A stretch of 64,000 nt of DNA, taken from positions 1-64,000 of the forward strand of contig JBFWOZ010000002.1 of NCBI GenBank assembly GCA_050250255.1, given 5' to 3'. This DNA comes from Bdellovibrionales bacterium (GTDB lineage: Bacteria; Bdellovibrionota; Bdellovibrionia; Bdellovibrionales; DASUEL01). The notes beneath the pieces were generated by a model. It was not told the origin of the DNA and did no database searches. It saw only the letters and a list, made by a program, of their open reading frames with translations. Both the position numbers and the translations under genes were made by a program. Shown here one piece after another: positions 1-9,362 of this stretch. Within the stretch, counting starts at the first letter, position 1, and every line of letters begins with the position of its first letter.

Positions 1-2
1 AA

Positions 3-137
3 CCTGCACGACGAGTTGTCCCGTTAAAGCCTGATTATGTTGGACGCGTGATTGAAGATCGTTATGTTGTGGGATATGGTTTGGATGAGAATGAACTCGG
101 TCGAAACTATCGAGATATTTATTATCTAAAACACTAA
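3..137 (+). CDS. hpt: hypoxanthine phosphoribosyltransferase, C-terminal part (5' truncated by window)
   Basis: Manual translation PARRVVPLKPDYVGRVIEDRYVVGYGLDENELGRNYRDIYYLKH* matches the HPRT C-terminal DYVG...VVGYGLD...RN motif. Confidence 0.8.
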   Translation, partial: PARRVVPLKPDYVGRVIEDRYVVGYGLDENELGRNYRDIYYLKH

Positions 138-316
138 GTCATCTAGCTTAGAAAAACTGAAGAAGTGTGTTCAACACAAAAAACGCAACTGTCGTGAATA
201 CAAAACCCATCATGAACTCGAACGACATAAAATTCCCCTGCTTCACAATAGCATTGTTTTTTGCACGTGCCGTGTCAACAAATAACTCTTAGATTATAAG
301 CACTTGGAACGACGCG

Positions 317-1702
317 CTATTGAGGCGGAAGGATGCGTCCGATGAGGTCATATTCCATGGAATCCGTAATTTCAACCATCACGAGATCGCCCACACTGGC
401 TTGTCCGTCATTGATATAAACGATTCCATCGATATCTGGTGCCTGTTGGGAGGTTCTTCCCTTCAACAGAAGATCTGTTTCTTCACTCACACCCTCCACA
501 AGAACCGGCAAAACACGTCCAATCATCTGCTTGTGTTTCTTTTTGCTGATCTTTTGTTGAAGCGACATGAGCTTACCAAACCTTTTTTGTTTTGTCCCTT
601 CGTCTAGCTGATCCGTCATCTTACCAGCAGCCGTCTTCTCTTCTGGCGAATATTGGAAACAGCCTACGCGATCAAATTCCTGTTCTTTTACGAAATCCAT
701 TAACTCTTGGAACTGCTCTTCGGTTTCGCCTGGAAAGCCTACGATAAATTGTGTACGAATCACGGCTTCTGGCAATTCACGACGAATCATGGTGAGTACG
801 TTTGTGATCTCTTCGCGGGTCATCTTGCGGTTCATTTTCTTGAGCATTTCGTTGTTTACATGCTGAAGAGGCATATCAAAATAAGGAACGAGCTTCGTCG
901 ACGTCTTCATAAGATCAATCATTTCTTGATCAATGCCGTCTGGGTAGAGATACAAAAGACGAATCCAATCTAAACCTTCAACACGGTTGAGTGTTCTTAG
1001 AAGTTCAATCGGAGACTCCTTCGCCTCAGGGCTTTTTCTTCTTAAGTCCCAACCAAAATCTGTAAAGTCGTGAGAAATGATGATGATTTCTCGAACTCCA
1101 CTGGCCACCAACTCTTGAGCTTCTTTTTCAATAGAGGCTAATGTTCTCGACTGGAGGTTGCCGCGAATCATCGGAATCGCACAGAACGCGCATCTCTTCA
1201 TGCAACCCTCAGAGATCTTTAAGTATGCACGGTAAAATGGCTGGCTGTTCATTCTTGGTGTCGACTCTTGCTGTAAATACGTCGGAAGATTAAAAAATGT
1301 TTTCTTTGAGTTCTTTTTGTCGGTTTCTTCGAGAATTTCGTGAATACGTTGGAACTCTCCAGATCCCACAAACACATCGGCTTCCGGCAATCCCTCTACG
1401 AGATCTTCTTTGTAGCGCTGTGTGAGGCAGCCCGCGACCACAAGTTTTTTTAAGTTCCCAGATTGCTTGAGTTTTGCCATTTCTAAAATGGTATCGATGG
1501 ATTCTTTTTTCGAGTCTTCAATAAACCCGCAAGTATTCACAATAATGGTGTCGGCTTCTTCCGACTGGTCCGTCACTTGATAGTTGGATTTTGTTAGCTG
1601 TCCTAGCATGATTTCACTGTCGACAAGGTTTTTGGGGCAACCCAAGCTAATAAAATGAACCTTTTTTTGCTCAGATTTTTGTTTTGTTTTTTGAGTACTC
1701 AT
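317..1702 (-). CDS. rimO: ribosomal protein S12 methylthiotransferase RimO
   Basis: SLGCPKNLVDSE and VNTCGFI UPF0004 domain, radical SAM CMKRCAFC motif, C-terminal TRAM domain (APDIDG). Confidence 0.95.
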   Translation of the reverse strand: MSTQKTKQKSEQKKVHFISLGCPKNLVDSEIMLGQLTKSNYQVTDQSEEADTIIVNTCGFIEDSKKESIDTILEMAKLKQSGNLKKLVVAGCLTQRYKEDLVEGLPEADVFVGSGEFQRIHEILEETDKKNSKKTFFNLPTYLQQESTPRMNSQPFYRAYLKISEGCMKRCAFCAIPMIRGNLQSRTLASIEKEAQELVASGVREIIIISHDFTDFGWDLRRKSPEAKESPIELLRTLNRVEGLDWIRLLYLYPDGIDQEMIDLMKTSTKLVPYFDMPLQHVNNEMLKKMNRKMTREEITNVLTMIRRELPEAVIRTQFIVGFPGETEEQFQELMDFVKEQEFDRVGCFQYSPEEKTAAGKMTDQLDEGTKQKRFGKLMSLQQKISKKKHKQMIGRVLPVLVEGVSEETDLLLKGRTSQQAPDIDGIVYINDGQASVGDLVMVEITDSMEYDLIGRILPPQ

Positions 1703-2478
1703 AGATCAGTTACCTCTGCGCCTTTAGGTGTTGCGAGCGAAAAAAGCTGGGGATCGATTTTTTTATTAAATTCCACTTTGTTAAAAGAGAGCGTCGTGAC
1801 GTTGTTTAAAGGGTCTGCATATTGAAGCTCTTTAATAAGCTTTTCTTGAATCGTAATTTTTAACTCTTGTACTTCTTCGCCCGTCATTTTGGCTTTGAGT
1901 TCAAAAATGGAATTTCCTTTTTCCTGATACTGTTTTTGAATATCAAAACTTTCTTTAAAGGAACCTTCAGTCAACAGAGCGGCAATCAGAAACTTATTTT
2001 TATCTCTTTTTTTCCAGCTAAAACGCAAAGCTCTCACGACATCCTCTGTGTCTTTCGGAGGATATTCCAGCACGAGACCTTTTTGACCGTTAATGATAGC
2101 CACTGACTTCTCTGGAGTGTCGTACTCGAGTCGTACTTTTTCTTTACCTACGAGAATAGCGCGCCCCTCAGACTTTTCAACTCTCTCAAGAAGTGCGAGT
2201 TTTAATTCTTTTTTGATTTCCATTTGAACAGTTTCTGCTTTCAGATATCGCTCTAACGTTTGATCCAGCTCGCTCCCTTTTTGCGGAGAAACTTTTTTAG
2301 ATTTTTCCTGAGATAAAGAAACGGATTTTTTCTCTGGATTCACACGCTCTATAGGAGCTTCTTCCTGCGCGCCTGAAGTGCTAGAACACGAAAGAACGGC
2401 CAAGTTTAATAGTGCTAAACCCAGCAAAAAACCAAACACTCTCAACAGAATGGACGAAAGATCATAAGACTGATTCAT
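1699..2478 (-). CDS. lolA: outer-membrane lipoprotein carrier LolA family protein
   Basis: RLEYDTPEKSVAIING and DPLNNVTTLSFNKVEFNKKIDPQLF are LolA-like; start moved to ATG 2478 (MNQSY) to avoid overlap with comF; hydrophobic N-terminus with possible lipobox (VLSC). Confidence 0.7.
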   Translation of the reverse strand: MNQSYDLSSILLRVFGFLLGLALLNLAVLSCSSTSGAQEEAPIERVNPEKKSVSLSQEKSKKVSPQKGSELDQTLERYLKAETVQMEIKKELKLALLERVEKSEGRAILVGKEKVRLEYDTPEKSVAIINGQKGLVLEYPPKDTEDVVRALRFSWKKRDKNKFLIAALLTEGSFKESFDIQKQYQEKGNSIFELKAKMTGEEVQELKITIQEKLIKELQYADPLNNVTTLSFNKVEFNKKIDPQLFSLATPKGAEVTDL

Positions 2479-2485
2479 CGACGCG

Positions 2486-3166
2486 TTATAGCAGAATTGA
2501 CCCTTCCCCACAAGGCTGCCGAGGTCGACAAGCCACCGTCCAAACCTGAAAATGAAGTGGGCGCCCAAGAGCCTTCCAAGCTGCATGAGCCGTGGCACCC
2601 GTCGTAATGAGATCATCGACAAATATAAAGCTTTTGGATGCAGCAAAGGGGACATTTTGTAGGTCTTCCATGGTGATTTTCTGTCTTTCGAAACGTGTTT
2701 TTTTCTTCTGCTCTCCCAATGAAAGCCGTGTCAAACCGTTGTACAGAGGTGTGTTAAAAACTCTCGAAAGTTGTTCGGCCCAAAGAAACGCATGATCCCT
2801 AGCGCCTGCTAGCGCCGCCGGTGCTGGAACTAACAACACATCTTGCGAGATCGGTCCGCGAAGCGCGCAGTACTCTTGAGAAAATCGGTTCGCAAGACGA
2901 GACCACACAGCCTCTGCCCAATCTCCCTTTAAAGAACGAATAAGATGACCAATTTGAAGAGATTCTTTATTCCATTGAAGCAAAGAGTAAATGGGAAAGG
3001 GAAGATTGTAGGATCCGTGAATCGCCAAAGGAGCTCTCTCACGAAAGAGTTTTTCCCAACACCTCTCGCAGTATAAATCGATATGTCCCGACCAACGCGA
3101 GCACCAAGCGCAATGTCGAAATAAAGATGTGTGAAGTGGAAGTTGCTGTTGCAAAGCCTTGAGCAT
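2486..3166 (-). CDS. ComF family phosphoribosyltransferase-like protein
   Basis: N-terminal CxxC...CxxC zinc ribbon and FVDDLITTGAT PRTase motif; start at ATG 3166 after AAGGAG. Confidence 0.8.
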   Translation of the reverse strand: MLKALQQQLPLHTSLFRHCAWCSRWSGHIDLYCERCWEKLFRERAPLAIHGSYNLPFPIYSLLQWNKESLQIGHLIRSLKGDWAEAVWSRLANRFSQEYCALRGPISQDVLLVPAPAALAGARDHAFLWAEQLSRVFNTPLYNGLTRLSLGEQKKKTRFERQKITMEDLQNVPFAASKSFIFVDDLITTGATAHAAWKALGRPLHFQVWTVACRPRQPCGEGSILL

Positions 3167-3379
3167 GAGGCCCTCCTTGTTTCCAGGAGGCTTCATGCAA
3201 GAATCAGTTTTTCATCGTCGTTTCTAAGGATGAATTCCAAAGAACGGCTCTCGCGAAACTCGAAACCTTTCGGACTCTCCCCTAAGAACATAGAGTGCGC
3301 ACAGAATATAAAGCCTCCTCTATAGGCTGTAATGGAAATCTAGTGTCCAACCGGGAAAGTTTTTCCTGTGTACGAGAGC

Positions 3380-3398
3380 TGTCCACACTTTGTGTACA
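3380..3398. promoter_or_regulatory. imperfect palindrome TGTCCACA-ctt-TGTGTACA, candidate operator
   Basis: 7/8-matched inverted repeat upstream of the HTH-DUF4423 gene; extra half-sites TGTCCA (3344) and TGTGTAC (3367). Confidence 0.4.
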
Positions 3399-3443
3399 AA
3401 AAAATTCCCCTTTTGTGAGTTCGCGAATATCTTGAGCTCACTT

Positions 3444-4247
3444 ATGAAGACAGAAGCAGCACTTCAACAACCTAAAGACTTTCGACTCTTGTTACAAAAA
3501 GAGCTCGTTCAAAGATGTAAGCGTAACCCACGCTACTCTTTAAGAACGTTTGCTACATTTTTAGATATAGAGCCGTCACGACTTTCTAAGGTGCTCAGAG
3601 GTCAAAGACCCATTTCCAACGAGCTTTTACAAAGGCTTGCGGAGAAATTGAAACTGAATCCTTCGGAAATTGAAAGTTACAAGATCCGAAGCTCTGGTTC
3701 AAACAAGAGTGATGTTGAGGAAGCAGATTATCAACAGATCTCTCTCGACACTTTTGAAATTATCGCCGACTGGAAACACTACGCCATTCTTGAGCTCATG
3801 AAGTTAAAAAGTTTTAAGCCAGAAATTCCTTGGATCGCAAAAAAATTAAATCTTTCTGTGCTTGAAATCACAGCCTTCATTGAGCGTCTTGAGCGCGTGG
3901 GAATTCTCGAAATTTCAGAAAAAGATGTGTGGACTGATCTATCAAATGGATTTACTTCACACATTCTTGGACCTAACTACACCACTTACGGACATAGGAA
4001 ATCTCAGGAGGAGATTTTAAATATGGCGGTCCATGCACTTCACAATGTGGCGTTTGAATATCGTGATCAGACCTCCATGATGATGGCCACAAGTTATAAG
4101 AAAATAGAAAAGGCAAAAAAGATGATCACAAAATTTAGAAGAGAGTTAACCGCATTTTTAGAGGATACGGACGAGAAAGATAGCATCTATCAACTCGGCA
4201 TCTCTCTTTTCCCTCTAACCCAATTAGAAAATTTAAAGAATAAATAA
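3444..4247 (+). CDS. TIGR02147 family protein (Cro/CI-like HTH + DUF4423)
   Basis: RNPRYSLRTFA...LSKVLRGQR HTH; WKHYAILEL and IYQLGISLFPL motifs typical of DUF4423; start ATG 3444 chosen. Confidence 0.8.
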   Translation: MKTEAALQQPKDFRLLLQKELVQRCKRNPRYSLRTFATFLDIEPSRLSKVLRGQRPISNELLQRLAEKLKLNPSEIESYKIRSSGSNKSDVEEADYQQISLDTFEIIADWKHYAILELMKLKSFKPEIPWIAKKLNLSVLEITAFIERLERVGILEISEKDVWTDLSNGFTSHILGPNYTTYGHRKSQEEILNMAVHALHNVAFEYRDQTSMMMATSYKKIEKAKKMITKFRRELTAFLEDTDEKDSIYQLGISLFPLTQLENLKNK

Positions 4248-4257
4248 GGAGCAATTT

Positions 4258-6117
4258 ATGAAACTATTTACTTTTATCACCACGGCGATGCTGCTTTCCG
4301 CAACCCTTGCCCATGCCGGCCGAGAAGGAAATGGCGGAGATGTACTGATCTGCCCAAATAAAAAGCCAGAGCTTCTTGATTACTACGAGGCGCGTACGCT
4401 TCCAAAAACAAAATTAAAAATTGATCTTGGGCCGACTCACCTGAGCGTTCCCGAGAAGATTGATTATGTGCTCAAGCGCCTGGCACGTGTAAGTCCTTAC
4501 CGGGCCAAATATTATGGGCAGTTGTATTCTACCTTCAATAATGAGGTGAGCTTCGTTCCTGACGCCAACCTAAAAGACATTCCCGACTCGGATGAACTCG
4601 TAATTCCGAAAGGCTGTGAACTGAAGCAGGCCGCAATACAAACGACACCGAAATTCCCCGATGATCCAAGATATACAATCGATGAGACAATCTGGAAACA
4701 GATGGACAATTATTCCCAAGCAGGACTCATTTTACACGAAATCGTTTATCGTGACGCCCTTCAAGACAATCACATCAACTCTATTCCAACACGAAAGTTA
4801 AACGGTCTTATCGCATCGACATACATGGAGACTATTTCTACTGATCAGTTTCGCGAATATCTCGTAGCAGGAAACTTTAAATTGTATGATCTCTCTACTG
4901 CTAAGTGGCCTACAGAACCAGGGCATATAAAAAAGTTTTGGAATTTCGAAATATCTTTAAATGAAAAATCATCGCACGTATCCCAGGGAACCAAACTCAA
5001 TATGTCATCGCCCTACTTTAAATTTATTCTTGAATCCTTTAATCAATCGTCCGACCTTTCTTCTCTTGTTCTTCGACTCTTTAAGGCTGGTTCTGGTGAG
5101 TTTTTGTGGAAAAATGAATGGATCAAAGTCGCCTCAACCCTCGAAAGCAACGGAATTCATTATTTATCTGTTTACAAAGATGGGCGCCTCCGTAGCGCAA
5201 CCCTTATGCAAGAGCTCCGCTTACCCTATAAGGAGGGAACTCTCGCTTTCTTACCAAATGAACAGATAGAGCTCGATCGAAATCAAAATCTTATTGGTGC
5301 CACATTTCAAAAACCCAAATCTGTTCTCGTAAACGGACGTAATTTACAAGTTGATACGCTAATGTCTTTCCATGTGAATGGTTCACTTGCTCGCTCACGA
5401 CTTATAGCTCCTACTACATTTACTGTTGGTAATGAGACCTACAGTTTCTTTAACACAATTGCGTTTGATGAGAACGGAGGAGTCGCCGAGGCTCGCCTTA
5501 GTTCGCCTAAAAAAATAAAGATTGGTGACAAAACATTCTCTCTACGTAGAGATCAAAAGGTTTTGTTTCATCCCTCCGGACAAATTAAACAATTTTATCT
5601 AGAAGACTCAGCTTCTCTTAAGTACGAAAACAGAGACGTTGCCCTAGCAAAATACTTAATTACTTTTGACGAGTACGGAAGAATTCGGTGTGGGGGCTTA
5701 AAAGTAAATAAAATTATTGTCACTCTTTTCAATCAAAAAGTAGAGGCTTTTGGAGAGCTTTGCGTAAATAAAAATGGCAACTTGACACAGGCCTCCAACA
5801 TGACCGCCGTTTTGAAAATTCCAGACCTAGATGAGCCTGTGAAAGTAAGCCATATTTCGTTAAGCGAAACCACAGGGCTGTGGAAAATTCTTGTTTTCGA
5901 CGGGGACATTTCAATCAATGTACAAGGGCAAAAGATGGTCGTTAAAGACAAAGTTGAGCGTTACGAAAACGGCTCTGTTCGCACTTTGAAAGTGGCAAAT
6001 AATAGTTCTTATCGACTCAAAGCCGCAGACTTCTCAGAAGTGATCGTTTCTAGAGAAGATTTGGTAACCCTAAATGAGGAGGGTCTCGTAACCAACGTGA
6101 ACTTCGCCTATAATTAG
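4258..6117 (+). CDS. secreted protein with N-terminal GNGG/HExxY domain and C-terminal beta-hairpin repeats
   Basis: AAGGAG RBS; signal peptide ending AHA; mature start GREGNGGD; LILHEIVY; ~10 repeats of F-x-x-N-G-x-L type. Confidence 0.75.
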   Translation: MKLFTFITTAMLLSATLAHAGREGNGGDVLICPNKKPELLDYYEARTLPKTKLKIDLGPTHLSVPEKIDYVLKRLARVSPYRAKYYGQLYSTFNNEVSFVPDANLKDIPDSDELVIPKGCELKQAAIQTTPKFPDDPRYTIDETIWKQMDNYSQAGLILHEIVYRDALQDNHINSIPTRKLNGLIASTYMETISTDQFREYLVAGNFKLYDLSTAKWPTEPGHIKKFWNFEISLNEKSSHVSQGTKLNMSSPYFKFILESFNQSSDLSSLVLRLFKAGSGEFLWKNEWIKVASTLESNGIHYLSVYKDGRLRSATLMQELRLPYKEGTLAFLPNEQIELDRNQNLIGATFQKPKSVLVNGRNLQVDTLMSFHVNGSLARSRLIAPTTFTVGNETYSFFNTIAFDENGGVAEARLSSPKKIKIGDKTFSLRRDQKVLFHPSGQIKQFYLEDSASLKYENRDVALAKYLITFDEYGRIRCGGLKVNKIIVTLFNQKVEAFGELCVNKNGNLTQASNMTAVLKIPDLDEPVKVSHISLSETTGLWKILVFDGDISINVQGQKMVVKDKVERYENGSVRTLKVANNSSYRLKAADFSEVIVSREDLVTLNEEGLVTNVNFAYN

Positions 6118-6122
6118 TATCG

Positions 6123-7631
6123 TTAATTTAAAGCTTGGCCCGTCATTTCGACGGGCTGAGGCCAACCATAGATTTTCAAAATGGTCGGCGCAAGGTCAGC
6201 AAGAATTCCGTTCTTTAATTTTTTTCCTTTAGAATTGTTACCAATCCAGATGAGCGGAACGGGATTTGTTGTGTGTTGGGTCATGGGTTCACCGGTTTGG
6301 TGATTCACCATCTCTTCGCAGTTTCCATGATCGGCCGTAATCAACACGTCGTAATTTTTTTCAAGTGCAGTCTTCACAAGTTTCCCAATACATTCATCTA
6401 ACACATCCACCGCATGAATGGCGGCATTTACAATCCCCGTATGTCCGACCATATCTCCATTGGCGTAATTCACTACAACAAGCGCGTAATCTGTTTGCTC
6501 AATCTGCGCGATGAGTTTTTCGGTAATGGTGTAAGCCCCCATCTCTGGTTTTAAATCGTAAGTAGGAACTTCTTTTGCGGAAGGGACAAGGATTCGCTCT
6601 TCACCTGGATTGGGAGCTTCTTCTCCCCCGTTGAAAAAATAAGTCACGTGTGCGTACTTTTCGGTTTCCGCAATTCTTAATTGTTTAAGACCTTTTTCCG
6701 CCACCAATTCGCCCAGTAGTCTCGTGTGTTTTTGCGGGTGAAACAGATAAGGAAACGGAAAGCTCTCTTGGTAACGGGTAAAGGTCACCCAGTTTCTGGC
6801 GGCGACCTTCACCGGAGCCGAAAACTCTTTAAAATCTAAAAAACCAAACGCTTGGGAGATTTCTCGCGCACGGTCCGCACGGAAGTTAAAGAAAATCACT
6901 TGATCATCTTGAGCGATTCTTTTCCCACCACGCACTTGTCGAGGTTTGATGAACTCATCATTCTCGGATTTTTTATAAGCGTCGAGAACACAATCTTTTG
7001 CAGTGACAAAAATTTCTCCTGGCACGGTCAGCGCGCGATAGGCGGTTTCGACCCGATCCCACCTCTTGTCACGATCCATGGCATAGAAACGCCCAATCAC
7101 CGTTGCGATTTTTACGTTAGGAAAACGAGCACATTCTCGCTCTAAGGTTTCCATATAACCCGCGCCACTTTGCGGAGGCGTATCTCGTCCATCGGTGATT
7201 GCGTGAATGTACACCGGCTTCTTTGGGTTCACTCGTGCGACGGCCTCTAACATTTTTGGAATGTGAGCGATATCGGAATGAACCCCACCGTCAGAACAAA
7301 GTCCAATCAAGTGGAGGGCCCCATTGGGATCCGCTGCGACTCTTTTAAAGTCCTGTAAACTTTCAAAACCTTCTGTTTCTGCAAACTGGCTAATACGAGT
7401 CATCTCTTGATAAATCACTCGACCACTTCCAATACTTAAATGCCCAACTTCAGAGTTTCCCATAATTCCTGGTGGAAGCCCTACGGCTAAACCCGAAGTT
7501 TCAATGAGGCTATGTGGATAAGTTTGTAGAAATCGGGAATAATTCGGAGTTTTTGCTAGGGCAATGGCATTGTGTTCTTTAATGTCCGAATGACCGAAAC
7601 CATCCAAGATCACAAGAATCACTTTTTTCAT
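6123..7631 (-). CDS. gpmI: 2,3-bisphosphoglycerate-independent phosphoglycerate mutase
   Basis: LDGFG, MGNSEVGH, TDGRDT, AETEKYAHVT, DMVGHTG, TADHGN motifs. Confidence 0.97.
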   Translation of the reverse strand: MKKVILVILDGFGHSDIKEHNAIALAKTPNYSRFLQTYPHSLIETSGLAVGLPPGIMGNSEVGHLSIGSGRVIYQEMTRISQFAETEGFESLQDFKRVAADPNGALHLIGLCSDGGVHSDIAHIPKMLEAVARVNPKKPVYIHAITDGRDTPPQSGAGYMETLERECARFPNVKIATVIGRFYAMDRDKRWDRVETAYRALTVPGEIFVTAKDCVLDAYKKSENDEFIKPRQVRGGKRIAQDDQVIFFNFRADRAREISQAFGFLDFKEFSAPVKVAARNWVTFTRYQESFPFPYLFHPQKHTRLLGELVAEKGLKQLRIAETEKYAHVTYFFNGGEEAPNPGEERILVPSAKEVPTYDLKPEMGAYTITEKLIAQIEQTDYALVVVNYANGDMVGHTGIVNAAIHAVDVLDECIGKLVKTALEKNYDVLITADHGNCEEMVNHQTGEPMTQHTTNPVPLIWIGNNSKGKKLKNGILADLAPTILKIYGWPQPVEMTGQALN

Positions 7632-7647
7632 CTGCTATCCCCGTTGT

Positions 7648-8118
7648 TCAATCATTATGGTACGGAATGTTCTTCCAAATTGTCAGTGACCTAAAAATTT
7701 GCTCCATTAGGACAGTTTGTGCAACTAAATGATTAAGCGTGAAGGGTGCGAGCTGCATCGTGTAGTCGGCCCGCTTTTTTATAGCCTCACTGACACCATA
7801 GGCCCCACCCACTAAAAACACGCAGCGTTTCTTTCCGCCCGAAAGCACACCCTGCATTTTGTCAGAAAATGCTCGGGAGGTCACTGTCTTACCCCTCTCG
7901 TCGCAAAGAACAACAAAGTCACCAGGCAGAATTTTTTCGATGAGGAGCTCGGACTCGGCTTTGATTTTTTCTGAGGCTTCTTTGCGGTCTCGGGCTGGGC
8001 TTTTGAGCGTGATCCGCTCAAAAGGAAGTAGAGGATTAATTTTTTTTGTGTATGTTTGAAAAGCCTCTTCCGACCAAGTCTCTCGTGAAGATTCCATGGT
8101 CAGAAGAACAAGCTTCAT
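7648..8118 (-). CDS. rlmH: 23S rRNA (pseudouridine1915-N3)-methyltransferase RlmH
   Basis: CDERGK, FLVGGAYG, EQIFR, PYH motifs; directly follows the rsfS fusion. Confidence 0.92.
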   Translation of the reverse strand: MKLVLLTMESSRETWSEEAFQTYTKKINPLLPFERITLKSPARDRKEASEKIKAESELLIEKILPGDFVVLCDERGKTVTSRAFSDKMQGVLSGGKKRCVFLVGGAYGVSEAIKKRADYTMQLAPFTLNHLVAQTVLMEQIFRSLTIWKNIPYHND

Positions 8119-9362
8119 GATTGGCTAGTCACCGAAGGACTACGATAGGCCCCACCAGACATAGCTGAATCTTTTAATTCCATTTCGACTTTTCGAGCCC
8201 AGAGCTCTTCAAGGCGATATTCATTACGAACAAAGTCGTAGAACACATGAACGATCAAACCACCGAAGTCCACAAGACCCCAGCGTCCTTCATGTAATCC
8301 CTCAGAACTCAACGGATTGATTCCAAATTTTTTCTTCACTTCTTCTACCACCGCAGACGCAAGGCCTGCAACGTGACGTGTACTTGTACCAGAAGCAATA
8401 ATGGCAAATTCACTCGGCGCAGAAGATTGACTGAGATCATACCCTTTTACGTTAAATCCTTTTTTATCAAAAAGGACATCTGCACAAAATTTTGAAAGCT
8501 CACGAAAGTTAAACGGCTCTGATTCTGAACGAACATAGAGTTTTTTTTCTGTAATATACTTTTCAACAGGAATAGAAATGTATTTGTCGACCTTAAGACC
8601 AGAGCGAACACACTTTCTAATTTCTGTTCCTGAAATATCGCGATCTTCTAATTGTACGAACTGAATCGTCTTGCCGGTCTTTAGAGTGACCTTCAATCGA
8701 TCCATTTTTTTCACCCATGGTTGGATGTCTTGCGGAAGATCTTCTGCACGAAACGGCAGAAGGGAGCCCGGGCGAGTCGTAACCACCAAGTTCGCAAGCT
8801 CCAAGATTTTTTCATAGTCTTTCCACTGTGAAAATCCAGGAAGCAAATCGGCACCTAAAATCACATGCCACTCCGCCATCGGTTGTTCGGCAATGAGCGA
8901 CTCTAGTGTATCTACAGTGTAGCTGACACCTTTGCGCTGAACTTCGCGATCGTCCACAACAAGTTTGTCGGAATAATCTTCAAGGCCGAGCCGGGTCATC
9001 TCAAGGCGCTCTGCCGGAGTTGGCGACGAAATCGAAGATTTGCCAGGCGTCTGGTACGAGGGGATCACAAAAATCTTTTTGAGTTTGCAGGTTTCAGCAA
9101 TGGTCTCAAGACTGTTCAGATGACCCATATGAAACGGATTAAAACTTCCCCCGAACATTCCAAGCCGAAGAGATTTTTTCGTTGCTTTAGGGGTCAACGT
9201 TTTTTTCGACTCTACCTGCTTCACAGCCATTTTTTTAGCGGTTGTCTTAGGGGCTGCCGCTTTCTTTGTTGTCTTCTTCGTTGAAGTTTTCTTTACAGAT
9301 TTTTTTGCTGTAACTTTTTTAGTGGTTTTTGTTTTCTTTGCTTTCAAGAGCGAGTCTCCCAA
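8115..9362 (-). CDS. nadD: fused nicotinate-nucleotide adenylyltransferase NadD / ribosome silencing factor RsfS with Lys-rich N-terminal tail (start uncertain)
   Basis: GGSFNPFHMGH, SYTVDT, ISGTEIR (NadD) continue in frame into IASGTSTRHV...WGLVDFGGLIVHVF...YRLEELW (RsfS). Confidence 0.9.
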   Translation of the reverse strand: MGDSLLKAKKTKTTKKVTAKKSVKKTSTKKTTKKAAAPKTTAKKMAVKQVESKKTLTPKATKKSLRLGMFGGSFNPFHMGHLNSLETIAETCKLKKIFVIPSYQTPGKSSISSPTPAERLEMTRLGLEDYSDKLVVDDREVQRKGVSYTVDTLESLIAEQPMAEWHVILGADLLPGFSQWKDYEKILELANLVVTTRPGSLLPFRAEDLPQDIQPWVKKMDRLKVTLKTGKTIQFVQLEDRDISGTEIRKCVRSGLKVDKYISIPVEKYITEKKLYVRSESEPFNFRELSKFCADVLFDKKGFNVKGYDLSQSSAPSEFAIIASGTSTRHVAGLASAVVEEVKKKFGINPLSSEGLHEGRWGLVDFGGLIVHVFYDFVRNEYRLEELWARKVEMELKDSAMSGGAYRSPSVTSQS

